DNA of 64,000 bases, taken from NCBI GenBank assembly GCA_041497975.1, contig JBGQHN010000001.1, positions 3,888 to 67,887 on the forward strand, read 5' to 3'. The notes below the pieces were generated by a model that saw only the letters and a list, made by a program, of their open reading frames with translations, was not told where the DNA came from and ran no database searches. The position numbers and the translations under genes are program-made. This document shows, in pieces, positions 38,122-46,998 of this stretch. The DNA is from Planctomycetia bacterium (GTDB lineage Bacteria; Planctomycetota; Planctomycetia; Pirellulales; PALSA-1355). Numbering within the stretch: the stretch's first letter is position 1; every line of letters starts with the position of its first letter.

Positions 38122-38414
38122 GATTGCTCGGGGCGCGAATCGTGGCCCACTGTCTTATTCGATTCGGCAATTCGCCGCTGCTCACGCTTTACTGCGCGGT
38201 ACATCAATCCGGCGAACGTGCCCACGATGGCGAAGGGCATCGACATCATGAATAAAATGCTGTAGTAGATGCCGCGCGCCAGATCGCCCTGCGAACCGTC
38301 GGAGGCCAATGCCGCCTGGCAACTCGGGCACGCCGAGGCAATCGAAGCACTGCAGACCGCGATCAGGCAGACCGTCAAACCAAGAGACCGAGATAGCATC
38401 ATTCTGGCGTTCAT
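38118..38414 (-). CDS. Small exported CxxC membrane protein
   Basis: ATG 38414. Signal peptide ending ...SIASACPSCQAAL (CxxC directly after the predicted cleavage region), then one TM helix (IYYSILFMMSMPFAIVGTFAGLMY). It lies 13 nt downstream of the DUF420 gene. Confidence 0.5.
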   Translation of the reverse strand: MNARMMLSRSLGLTVCLIAVCSASIASACPSCQAALASDGSQGDLARGIYYSILFMMSMPFAIVGTFAGLMYRAVKREQRRIAESNKTVGHDSRPEQS

Positions 38415-38427
38415 ACTGCTTCCTTTA

Positions 38428-38922
38428 TCAGGCGTCTCGACGGACCGAAGCCGCGGCATTTTCTCGGACGCCTTCGATTATAGACTTCCCCGCCGGGGCT
38501 GGGTAGACGTGATAGAGCATCGCGTAAATGACGACTCCGGTGATGGATACATAAAGCCAAATCGGAAAAGTCCAACGCGCAAACTGGCGATGTCTTGCGC
38601 GGCGGTCCCGCAGGCCCAAATAGATCGTAATCGAAGCCAAAACGGGCACGGTAGCCGCCAAGGTGACGTGGCTGATAAGTATGGTGTAGTACACCGGCCG
38701 CACGGACGGAGGGCCCTCAAACTTCACGCTCAGCTTGTGGTAGTGATAGATCAAATAGCACGTCAAGAAGGCGATGGAAACCGCGAATGCCAAGAGCATC
38801 GTGATTTTGTGGGCGCGCTCGCGGCCGGCCTTGATAAATGCCCAGCCCGTCACGAGCAACACCGCCGCCACCGCGTTGAGCGTGGCGTTGACGGTCGGCA
38901 ACTGATCGAGGCTGATATCCAA
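38428..38922 (-). CDS. DUF420 (CtaM-like) membrane protein
   Basis: LPTVNATLNAVAAVLLVTGWAFIKAGRERAHKITMLLAF...H..FARWTFPIWLYVSITGVVIY is the DUF420 pattern. The apparent start is TTG. Confidence 0.8.
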   Translation of the reverse strand: MDISLDQLPTVNATLNAVAAVLLVTGWAFIKAGRERAHKITMLLAFAVSIAFLTCYLIYHYHKLSVKFEGPPSVRPVYYTILISHVTLAATVPVLASITIYLGLRDRRARHRQFARWTFPIWLYVSITGVVIYAMLYHVYPAPAGKSIIEGVRENAAASVRRDA

Positions 38923-38990
38923 GCCAGTGTTCTCCCCGCATGGCCCTGCCCGCCGCCACGGGCGCGTGCCTCAATGCCATCGAACGCGGA

Positions 38991-39665
38991 TCAGCGTGCC
39001 CCGGCGGTCTCGGCCGCTTGCGCGATCGGTTTATCTTCGTCTCCGCCCTCGGCTTCAACAACCTGCAATAGCTTTTTGAGCATCTCCACCTGATCGGGCT
39101 CCGTCAGCCGAAACCGGCCGCGAACCTGTCCCTTGCGATCCACCACGCACGCCCGGTCCGTATGCGCGCCCTTTTCCACCGAAATCTGGAAAAAATCCTG
39201 GCCGACGCGCTCAATCAGCCCCATGTCGCCGGTCAAGAAGGTCCACCGCGCCGGATCGGCATGGAAATGCTGCGCATATTTCGTTAACGCCTCGGGCGTG
39301 TCGTTTTCCGGATCGCAGGTGATACTGACATAGCGCACGTTGCTTTGTGGGTTGGTCTGTTGAATCGCGGCCAGGGCTTGATTCAACCGCCAACATACGG
39401 CCGGGCAGTTGGTGAAAAAGAAACTCGCCACCCACACCTTTCCCCGCAGGCTATTGGAGTCAAACGGCCGACCGGATTGATCCGTGAGCGTAAATTCGCT
39501 CAGCGGTGGCCGCTTTGACATCGGCTGCCGTGCCATAAGATCCGGCGAGGCGGGCCCGACGATGGCCTCATTCGTGGACTGGATGTGGCGCGCGGCGACA
39601 TACGAAGCGTAAATCGCGACCAGGCAACTGGCCAAAATGAGCCAGAATTTCACGGAACCTGTCAT
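38991..39665 (-). CDS. SCO family copper chaperone / thiol-disulfide protein
   Basis: 224 aa from ATG 39665 (ATGA overlap with the permease stop). N-terminal TM anchor, FFFTNCPAVC (CxxxC) and a thioredoxin-fold remainder with conserved His (AQHFHADP). Confidence 0.9.
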   Translation of the reverse strand: MTGSVKFWLILASCLVAIYASYVAARHIQSTNEAIVGPASPDLMARQPMSKRPPLSEFTLTDQSGRPFDSNSLRGKVWVASFFFTNCPAVCWRLNQALAAIQQTNPQSNVRYVSITCDPENDTPEALTKYAQHFHADPARWTFLTGDMGLIERVGQDFFQISVEKGAHTDRACVVDRKGQVRGRFRLTEPDQVEMLKKLLQVVEAEGGDEDKPIAQAAETAGAR

Positions 39666-40540
39666 GGCATATCTCCCGTGGTCCGCTGTCCCGCAATCTT
39701 GCAGGCCAGGGCAAACATCGCTACGGCAAAAAAAACAGTAACGATCCAACACGTGGACAATTGCGGCGTATCGAGCGGCAGCGGGGCATCGGCCACGTTC
39801 CAATACATTAGCCGCCGCAAGCCCGCGACGCCGTACGTCAGCGGGTTGAGGTGCATGGCAAGCGTGAGACACCACGGGATCCAGCTCATGCCGGCCTCGG
39901 TGGGCGGCGGCGGAAAGAACGCGCCGCTCAGCAGCCACATCGGCATCAAAAACACGCTCATGATCGCGTGAAAGCCCTGTGTCGAGTCCATCCGCCAGGC
40001 AATCACCAATCCCAGCGAAGTCAGCGCCAGCGAAACAAGCGTCAGTAGCAGTACGATCGCGATCAGCATGAGCGCCGAGAAGTGGAGTCCCAGGGTCAGG
40101 CCCAGCGCCAAGAACACAAGCCCCTCGACCATCGCAATGAGGGAGCCACCGAGCACCTTTCCCAATACCATCGACCAGCGTGGAATCGGCGCCACGAGCA
40201 CCGATTGCAAAAACCCTTCGCGGCGATCTTCGATCACCGAGATCGTGGCAAAAATGGCCGTGAACAGCAAAATCAAGACCAGCGCGCCCGGGAAAAAGTA
40301 CTCCCGGTACGAGAGCCGCGCCGCATCCTCGCCGGCCAGGCGAAACGTTGGTCCCAGCCCCGCGCCAAACAACAGCCAAAAGATGACTGGCTGTCCGATG
40401 GCTCCGAACACGCGATTTGGCTGCCGCACGAAGCGCACCCATTCCCGCTGGCAAAGCGTGGCCGCGGCCAGCCAGGGCCGGCTGGCCGACTGAAGCGGCG
40501 CCGCGATGGCCCCAGACGTGGGAGCGATCAGTTGTGCCAT
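39662..40540 (-). CDS. ABC-2 type transporter permease
   Basis: 292 aa from ATG 40540, 2 nt after the ATPase stop. CQREWVRFVRQPNRVFGAIGQPVIFWLLFG followed by six hydrophobic helices, ABC-2/NosY-like. Confidence 0.8.
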   Translation of the reverse strand: MAQLIAPTSGAIAAPLQSASRPWLAAATLCQREWVRFVRQPNRVFGAIGQPVIFWLLFGAGLGPTFRLAGEDAARLSYREYFFPGALVLILLFTAIFATISVIEDRREGFLQSVLVAPIPRWSMVLGKVLGGSLIAMVEGLVFLALGLTLGLHFSALMLIAIVLLLTLVSLALTSLGLVIAWRMDSTQGFHAIMSVFLMPMWLLSGAFFPPPPTEAGMSWIPWCLTLAMHLNPLTYGVAGLRRLMYWNVADAPLPLDTPQLSTCWIVTVFFAVAMFALACKIAGQRTTGDMP

Positions 40541-40542
40541 GG

Positions 40543-41511
40543 TTACCTCGCCAGCGCCGGCGCAGTCCCATCGCTTGGCGCCTGCCAAAACCGATGACCC
40601 GTGCGAGCGATGAACACGTCCTCGAGCGTCGGCTTGCCCAGCGTGACCGATTCGATCTGGCCGGGAAAAGCCTCCACGAGTCGCGCGATCCACTGGTGAC
40701 CGTTCGCCTCTTCCAGCCGCACGAAACCGTCGAGGACCTGTGGTTCGCGGCCGAATTGGACGCCGATGGCGGAAGCGAGCCGGCTCGGGTCGGACGTTTG
40801 AATCGTGATCGAGTCGCCGCCAACCGTGGCCCGCAAGGCGTCTGGCGTGTCGAGCGCCACCAGCCGCCCTTCGTGCAAGATCGCGATGCGATCAGCCTTG
40901 TCGGCCTCCTCGAGCAAGTGCGTCGTAAGCACGACGGTCACGCCCTGGTCGTCGCGGAGCGTGCGGAAATAATTCCATAAGTCGCTACGGGCAGCGGGAT
41001 CAAGACCCGTGCTCGGTTCGTCCAGCAGCAGCAAATCGGGATAATGGATCATTCCCTTGGCCAGTTCAACGCGGCGCCGCAAACCGCCCGAAAGGGACTC
41101 GACCCGGTCCCGCGCGCGATCGGACAAGCCGAGGCGGTCGAGCATCGCGGCCGCTCGCTGGCGCAATTGTGAGCCGGACAAACCATAAAGGTGGCCCTGG
41201 TGACGAAGATTTTCCGCCACGGTCAGTTTTTTGTCCAAGCTCGGCGACTGAAATACCACGCCGATTGCCGACCGGACCTGCGCGCTCTGGCGGCGTAGAT
41301 CAAACGACAGGACCTCGGCCTCTCCCTGCTGGAGCGGAATAAGCGTCGACAGCAGGCGAAACAACGTCGTCTTGCCGCCGCCATTGGGCCCGAGAAAAAC
41401 GAAGATTTCCCCCCGCGCCACGCTGACGCTCAAGTCGTCAAGCGCCTTGCGCCGTCCGTAATGATGGACCAGGTGCGAAACCCGGATCGCGGGCGAGTGG
41501 TTCATGATCAT
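40543..41511 (-). CDS. ABC transporter ATP-binding protein
   Basis: Walker A GPNGGGKTT, signature LSGGLRRRVELA, Walker B LLLLDEPSTGLD. Confidence 0.9.
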   Translation of the reverse strand: MIMNHSPAIRVSHLVHHYGRRKALDDLSVSVARGEIFVFLGPNGGGKTTLFRLLSTLIPLQQGEAEVLSFDLRRQSAQVRSAIGVVFQSPSLDKKLTVAENLRHQGHLYGLSGSQLRQRAAAMLDRLGLSDRARDRVESLSGGLRRRVELAKGMIHYPDLLLLDEPSTGLDPAARSDLWNYFRTLRDDQGVTVVLTTHLLEEADKADRIAILHEGRLVALDTPDALRATVGGDSITIQTSDPSRLASAIGVQFGREPQVLDGFVRLEEANGHQWIARLVEAFPGQIESVTLGKPTLEDVFIARTGHRFWQAPSDGTAPALAR

Positions 41512-41592
41512 TCGTGGAAAGTCGTCGATCGACAGCGCTCGCGCTTTCGGCGACGACCAGACCCCCGGCCGGCCGAGCCAAACGAACCGTCG

Positions 41593-41710
41593 AGCCGCCT
41601 AATGCCTGTTGAAGAACTGGGACAGGCACCTGGCGGACATGGTTTTTCACGCTTTTTCGGACGATCTGGCTCGGAGCCAGTCCCAGTTTTTCAACGGCCG
41701 CCTAATGGCT
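41593..41710. repeat. Hairpin-forming intergenic repeat, copy 2 (REP/MITE-like)
   Basis: Homologous to 17414-17525. The arms gcctgttgaagaactgggacaggcacc (41604-41630) and ggagccagtcccagtttttcaacggc (41673-41698) are imperfect inverted repeats. An 11-nt direct repeat gccgcctaatg lies at 41594-41604 and 41697-41707. The right end overlaps the last codons and TAG stop of the subunit IV-like gene. Confidence 0.8.
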
Positions 41711-42157
41711 TTCGCCGCTGGATGGACTTTCCTTAGCCCTACCGTGAGGCGAATCGCCGTGGCGTACGGTCGCCTTGTGCGGGGCGCGGGGCGCGGCCAT
41801 GTAAAGTTCACGTTCTTCAGACAGCCAGTGGCCACGCAGGCCGATGTCGGGCACAAGCGCTAAGATCAAAAAGATCGACATAAAGGCGGCCGGAACCGTC
41901 AGCACATACTTCCAGCTCGCTTCATATTTTACGTGCATAAAGAACAAGATGACCAGCATTGCCTTGGTGCATGATACGGCCATCATGAACGCCCAGCCGA
42001 TTTTGGGCTGCTCATGGAAGGGCCAATAGTCCGAGTACGTGAAGAACGAGGCCGTCGTCAAAAGGCACAGCGCTATAAAAACGTAGATGTACTGCGCGAT
42101 GCCGTCGTGACTCCCCTCAGAGTGCTCGGCCGCGTGTGCGTGGGCATGTTCCGACAT
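41702..42157 (-). CDS. Cytochrome c oxidase subunit IV-like small membrane protein
   Basis: 151 aa from ATG 42157. The His-rich N-terminus is followed by YIYVFIALCLLTTASF..., AFMMAVSCTKAMLVILFFMHVKYE and a third helix, the pattern of prokaryotic caa3/aa3 subunit IV. A ~45-aa C-terminal tail follows. Confidence 0.75.
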   Translation of the reverse strand: MSEHAHAHAAEHSEGSHDGIAQYIYVFIALCLLTTASFFTYSDYWPFHEQPKIGWAFMMAVSCTKAMLVILFFMHVKYEASWKYVLTVPAAFMSIFLILALVPDIGLRGHWLSEERELYMAAPRAPHKATVRHGDSPHGRAKESPSSGESH

Positions 42158-42204
42158 CAAAGTTACTCCGCGCGTGTCGCCAGCGAATGCGTCACCAAAT
42201 AATC

Positions 42205-43212
42205 TTAGAACAAATACAATAGCGGGAACAGGAAGATCCACACCAGATCGACGAAGTGCCAGTACAAACCGATGTTCTCCACGATTCCCGCCCGCATGAC
42301 GCCCAGGGTCATGGGAACCATGATCGCAAACACGATCAGGCCGATAAGCACGTGCAGCGCGTGAAACCCGGTCAAGAGAAAATAAGTGCTGGCCCACATA
42401 TTGCCGCCGGGGATCACAATCGGCAACTTGAGCCACTCGTGAACGTCGTTCAGTCCTTCCTCGTGACCGTGCCCGGTGGGAAGCGGCATGATGCGATCGG
42501 CCAGTTCCTGTAAAGCCACGTGTCGGACGGTATTGTCGGAGTTGGTGGCGGCCGTCTTTTCCTGCTCGAGTTCAAAGTCCGTCAACTCTTTGACGACGGC
42601 TAATCGTTCGCGCACGTCGATGATCGCCGAGTCGGCGTCGACCGCCTCGGGCGACAGCTTGGCGTTGAGCGCGTCCTCCTCGGCCTTCAGCTTCGATTCC
42701 AGATCGTTCAAGCGAAGTCGCACGGCCGCGGCATAGTTCAGATCGGGCTTTTCATACACCCGGCTGTGCGGTTTCCAGGGATAAATGCCGTGTGAAAACT
42801 TGGCATTGTATTCATACAGCTTCACGCCGAGAAATACGCTGCCCAATGCGAACGTCAGGAGCAGCCAACCCTTGGCCGGGCCCGCCCTATTTGCCCGCGC
42901 GGCCTCCAATCCCAACACGATGGTGACGCTGGAGCAGATCAGCACGAACGTGTTGAAAGCCCCGATCGGTTCGCTCAAGTGGACCTCGCGCGGCAAGGGC
43001 CAGGTCGGGGCCCCGAAGCGGAGCACGATGTACGTGCCGATCAGCCCGGCGAAGAACATGATCTCGGTCGACAGGAACAGCCAAACGATCAACTTGCCGT
43101 TTGGGATCGGCAGCCCCGGGTGATACTCGAGGCCCACATGCGACCCCCCATGGTCATCGTGCGCATGGTCGTCCGCCGAGTGCGAAGCGGCGTGTGTGAG
43201 TGCTTGGGCCAT
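42205..43212 (-). CDS. ctaE: Cytochrome c oxidase subunit III (with long soluble insertion)
   Basis: [32 protein letters not shown] and [20 protein letters not shown] are subunit III motifs. A ~120-aa charged helical insert lies between the third and fourth helices. Confidence 0.85.
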   Translation of the reverse strand: MAQALTHAASHSADDHAHDDHGGSHVGLEYHPGLPIPNGKLIVWLFLSTEIMFFAGLIGTYIVLRFGAPTWPLPREVHLSEPIGAFNTFVLICSSVTIVLGLEAARANRAGPAKGWLLLTFALGSVFLGVKLYEYNAKFSHGIYPWKPHSRVYEKPDLNYAAAVRLRLNDLESKLKAEEDALNAKLSPEAVDADSAIIDVRERLAVVKELTDFELEQEKTAATNSDNTVRHVALQELADRIMPLPTGHGHEEGLNDVHEWLKLPIVIPGGNMWASTYFLLTGFHALHVLIGLIVFAIMVPMTLGVMRAGIVENIGLYWHFVDLVWIFLFPLLYLF

Positions 43213-43260
43213 ATTCGCGCTATAAGCCTTTCGTTGACACGGAAAAAACGTCTCGTTTCG

Positions 43261-44163
43261 TCACGCCAGCGGTCCCAAGACCAGCAATCCCATCATGGCA
43301 GGCAAATAGACTAGCGACGCCAACAGCAAGCGCCTGGCGGACTTGTCGCTTAGTTCGAAGAAAAACCAAATCGCGCACGCCAATTGGGCCGCACCCAAGA
43401 CGAGCGCCCACGCGAAATAAATCTCGCCGGCCGGCTGCAACAGGCAGGGAACCAGGCTGACAGGAATTAATACCAGTGACGACACGATGGCCTGGGCGCC
43501 CGCGCGAACCCCGCTGGGATCCACCGTGCTGAGCATTTGCAAACCCGCGCCGGCATACTGCCGGCGATAGATCCAGGCGATGGCCATGAAATGCGGGAAC
43601 TGCCAAAGAAACACGATCAAGAACAGCGACCAGGCCCGCAAATCAAACGGCGCTCCGGTGGCCGCCCAACCCATCAGCACGGGCAATGCGCCCGCCACGG
43701 CGCCGACGGCCGTGTTGAGCGGCGTGCGCGTTTTGAGCGGCGTATAGATCCACACGTAGAGCGTCCACGTAAGCAGGCCCAGCGCGGCGGTCTTGACCCC
43801 CACGGTCAGCGCCAGATAGGCCAGTCCGGCCAGGATCGACAGCGTGCTGAAGCAAACGACCTGACAGCCGGTCAAGCGTCCCGCGGGCAACGGCCGGTCG
43901 GCCGTGCGCGGCATTTGGGCGTCGGTGGCGCGTTCCAACCATTGATTGAGCGCGCTGGCGCTGGCCGCGACCATGGCGGTGCCGACGAGCGCATGGATCA
44001 GCACCCAACCGGCCGGCGGACCCCAGTTAGCCACAAACGCCGCCACCGCGACGGTAACCAGCACCATCGCCGAGATTTTCGGCTTCGTGAGCTCGCAATA
44101 ATCGGTAACTCGCACCGTCCACGCCGCGCGTTGATCTTCGATCGACAACGAAGTCATGCTCAT
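43261..44163 (-). CDS. ctaB: Protohaem IX farnesyltransferase (haem O synthase)
   Basis: UbiA-family motif ALNQWLERATDAQMPRTADRPLPAG, with nine hydrophobic helices. ATG 44163 forms an ATGA overlap with the ctaA stop. Confidence 0.9.
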   Translation of the reverse strand: MSMTSLSIEDQRAAWTVRVTDYCELTKPKISAMVLVTVAVAAFVANWGPPAGWVLIHALVGTAMVAASASALNQWLERATDAQMPRTADRPLPAGRLTGCQVVCFSTLSILAGLAYLALTVGVKTAALGLLTWTLYVWIYTPLKTRTPLNTAVGAVAGALPVLMGWAATGAPFDLRAWSLFLIVFLWQFPHFMAIAWIYRRQYAGAGLQMLSTVDPSGVRAGAQAIVSSLVLIPVSLVPCLLQPAGEIYFAWALVLGAAQLACAIWFFFELSDKSARRLLLASLVYLPAMMGLLVLGPLA

Positions 44164-45173
44164 CGGACGCTCCCCATGAGCCACGGCGTCTGGCCGGCAC
44201 GCAGTGCAGGCCGCCAGGCCAGTCGCACCGACCTCAACGCCAACAGTAAACTCGTCGCGAGAATCAGCGAGCCGATCGCCACGTGGGCCGTTGCAAACAG
44301 CGCCTGGGTAGCGCTATCGGCGCCGACAACGTGGCCCGCCGCGAAATTGAAGTCTGACATCCAAGCAGGCCAACCATATTTCGTGACCCAGGTCGCCGCG
44401 CCGAGACCGACTTGTGTCACGATCAAGCCTGCCAGGGCCAGCGCGGGCCGCCACAGTGACCGCTCAGCGCGCTGCGTGCGATAAACCTGCGCGGCCAACG
44501 CGATGGCATGCACGACCAGCGCGGCGGCGATCGCCAAATGGAAAAAAAGCGCGGTGCGGAAGTCAGACGCCCGGGCCCCGGCCGGCAGATGTCGCAACTG
44601 CGACCCCACGACAAGTTGGCCAAAGGCCAGCAAGGTTGTCAACGCAGCGAGTCGTTCGATGGACGCCAGTCCGGCCAAGGTCTGCGCGGCGGCCGATTGC
44701 CAGCGGCGGGAAGTAATCGCGGCCAACGCTACGGTGAAGGCAAAGAAAGCCGGAGCAACGCATCCGTGGATTTGCGCCAACTTCACTTCGTCCTCGATGA
44801 CGCGCATACCTCCCAGGGCGCCTTGAAGGATCACGGCTGCCAATGCGACCAGCGCCAGTCGGCGAACCAGCGGCCGGCTGCGCCACGTCGAGACGCAAAG
44901 AGCGATCGTTGTCATGCCCACGAGCGTGCCGAACAGCCGATGGCCATGCTCGATGAACAATTTCCAGGGACCGAAGATCCACGTTTGCCAGGGGTAGAGA
45001 AACAGGTTGTAGCCATACGTGTTCGGCCAATCCGGCACCGCCATACCAGCTCCGTAGGTGGTGACGAGCCCGCCGATCCAAATCATCGGGAACGTGGCGC
45101 AGACCAGCGCCACCGCCCAGCGATGTGGCCATGCACTCTCAAATTCAGGACTCGGTCGGTTCACGTTCGTCAA
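44160..45173 (-). CDS. ctaA: COX15/CtaA family haem A synthase
   Basis: PMIWIGGLVTTYGAGMAVPDWPNTYGYNLFLYP and conserved His-containing helices (IEHGHRLFG; QIHGCVAP; FFHLAIA). The start is uncertain: TTG 45173 or GTG 45164 are the first in-frame starts that do not overlap ctaD. The track ORF start at 45416 would overlap ctaD by more than 200 nt. Confidence 0.75.
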   Translation of the reverse strand: MTNVNRPSPEFESAWPHRWAVALVCATFPMIWIGGLVTTYGAGMAVPDWPNTYGYNLFLYPWQTWIFGPWKLFIEHGHRLFGTLVGMTTIALCVSTWRSRPLVRRLALVALAAVILQGALGGMRVIEDEVKLAQIHGCVAPAFFAFTVALAAITSRRWQSAAAQTLAGLASIERLAALTTLLAFGQLVVGSQLRHLPAGARASDFRTALFFHLAIAAALVVHAIALAAQVYRTQRAERSLWRPALALAGLIVTQVGLGAATWVTKYGWPAWMSDFNFAAGHVVGADSATQALFATAHVAIGSLILATSLLLALRSVRLAWRPALRAGQTPWLMGSVR

Positions 45174-45201
45174 TGCTCGCGCTGGTTCGTTGATCTGAAG
45201 C

Positions 45202-46998
45202 TTAGTGTGCCGGCGGTTGCTGTGGCGGGTTCTGCTGTTCGTCGGGGGGCGGTTGGGTTTGCGGATAGAAATCGGTATCGACTTCCGGCGAAGCATATTC
45301 ATAGGGGCCGCGGTAGACCACGGGTTGAAAGTCGAAATTGCCGTGGCCCGGTGGGCTGGGAGCCTGCCATTCGAGTCCGTTGGAGTGCCAGGGATTGCGG
45401 TCGGCACGCGGACCAAGAAACAAACTCAAAATGAAGTTAAGGGCGAAAATGATCTGCACGGCGACCATGCCGATAGCGCACCAGGTCATGAAGATATTGA
45501 GCGACTGCAGATGGTGGAATGTTTGGTAGTGATACGGATCGGCCAGGCGTCTTGGGAACCCGACCACGCCCAGGATGTGCATCGTGAAAAATGTGCCGTT
45601 CAAAAACAGGAACGTGAAGAAGAAATGCACCTTGCCCCACTTCTCGTTCATCATGCGACCGAACATCTTGGGATACCAAAAGTAGATCGCGCCAAAGACG
45701 CCCATCGCCGTCCCGGCAAACAGGACGTAATGAAAATGGGCCACGATAAAGTAGGTGTCGTGAATAAAGATATCGACCGGCGTGGCTGCCATGAAAATGC
45801 CCGACAACCCGCCAATGATGAACATCGACACAAACGACAGCGCGAATAACATAGCCGTGGTGAAGCGAATGTTGCCGCCCCATACGGTCCCCAGCCAGTT
45901 GAACGTCTTAATGGCGCTGGGCAACGCGATCATCATGGTCGAGACCATGAAGGTCATGCCCAAGGCCGGGTTCATGCCGGAGACGAACATGTGGTGGCCC
46001 CACACGATGAACCCTAGTCCGGCGATGCCGGCGATCGAGTAGATCATCGGCTTGTAGCCGAACAGCGGTTTTCGGGCAAAGCAGGCGATGATGTCGGAGA
46101 CCATGCCCATCGCCGGCAAAATCATGATGTAAACCGCCGGATGCGAGTAGAACCAAAACAGGTGTTGCCACAGTAACGGTTGGCCGCCGCCCGAGGCCAT
46201 CGCCGCATTGTTGGCGGTCCACCCGTCTGGAATAAAAAATCCGGTGCCCAACAGGCGGTCCATCAATTGCATGAATCCCGCGGCCGTCAACACCGGCAGC
46301 GCGAAGGCCTGCAGAATGGCGGTGATGAACATGGCCCAGATCGTCATGGGGAGCCGGAACATCGTCATTCCCGGAGCCCGCATCTGGATGATGGTGGTCA
46401 GATAATTGACCGAACCCATCATCGACGAGACGCCCACGAACGTCAGGCCGATCAGCCACAACGTCTGGCCGTTGAGATCCGTCAGCGCCAGAGGCGGATA
46501 GGAAGTCCAACCGGCCTTGGCAGCACCGCCCGAAACGAAGAAACTGGAGCCCATGGCGATGAACGCTGGCCACATGAACCAGTAACTCAGCATGTTCAAC
46601 GTGGGAAAGGCCATGTCTTCGGCGCCGATCATCAGCGGGATCAAAAAGTTGCCGAAAGCGCCGGCCAGGATGGGGATGATCACGAAAAAAATCATCACGG
46701 TGGCATGCATCGTAAACAGCACGGTGTAGAACTCGGGCGAGATTTGTCCGCCTTCGCCCGAGAACAGCATCTTGCCGATGACCGGCATTTCAGCCCAGGG
46801 CCAGGCCACTTGCCAGCGGATGCCCAGGGCCAAAAGCCCGCCCACCAAAAACCACAACAGCGTGGAGAAAAGGAACTGGATGCCGATGACCTTGTGATCT
46901 CTGGAGAACACATAGGTGGTCAAAAACCTGCCGGCATGCGCGTGGCTTGCGGCGCCGGCGACGTCGTGTGCGTGGGAACCGACCGTGGTCGTGCTCAT
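45202..46998 (-). CDS. ctaD: Cytochrome c oxidase subunit I (haem-copper oxidase, A-type)
   Basis: 598 aa. Carries LFWFYSHPAVYIMILP, WGHHMFVSG and HFHYVL haem/CuB ligand regions. ATGA overlap with the subunit II stop. Confidence 0.97.
   Translation of the reverse strand: MSTTTVGSHAHDVAGAASHAHAGRFLTTYVFSRDHKVIGIQFLFSTLLWFLVGGLLALGIRWQVAWPWAEMPVIGKMLFSGEGGQISPEFYTVLFTMHATVMIFFVIIPILAGAFGNFLIPLMIGAEDMAFPTLNMLSYWFMWPAFIAMGSSFFVSGGAAKAGWTSYPPLALTDLNGQTLWLIGLTFVGVSSMMGSVNYLTTIIQMRAPGMTMFRLPMTIWAMFITAILQAFALPVLTAAGFMQLMDRLLGTGFFIPDGWTANNAAMASGGGQPLLWQHLFWFYSHPAVYIMILPAMGMVSDIIACFARKPLFGYKPMIYSIAGIAGLGFIVWGHHMFVSGMNPALGMTFMVSTMMIALPSAIKTFNWLGTVWGGNIRFTTAMLFALSFVSMFIIGGLSGIFMAATPVDIFIHDTYFIVAHFHYVLFAGTAMGVFGAIYFWYPKMFGRMMNEKWGKVHFFFTFLFLNGTFFTMHILGVVGFPRRLADPYHYQTFHHLQSLNIFMTWCAIGMVAVQIIFALNFILSLFLGPRADRNPWHSNGLEWQAPSPPGHGNFDFQPVVYRGPYEYASPEVDTDFYPQTQPPPDEQQNPPQQPPAH

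Noticed and set aside
38991-40823. 610-aa ORF suggesting a very long SCO protein
   Set aside because: Only the last 224 codons (from ATG 39665) look like an SCO protein. The upstream part overlaps the ABC-2 permease and ATPase genes out of frame and has an implausible Arg/Gly-rich sequence.
45174-45416. Long N-terminus of ctaA overlapping ctaD by more than 200 nt
   Set aside because: An overlap of that size with the highly conserved C-terminus of subunit I is unlikely. In-frame TTG and GTG starts lie just downstream of the ctaD stop. The exact start remains uncertain.
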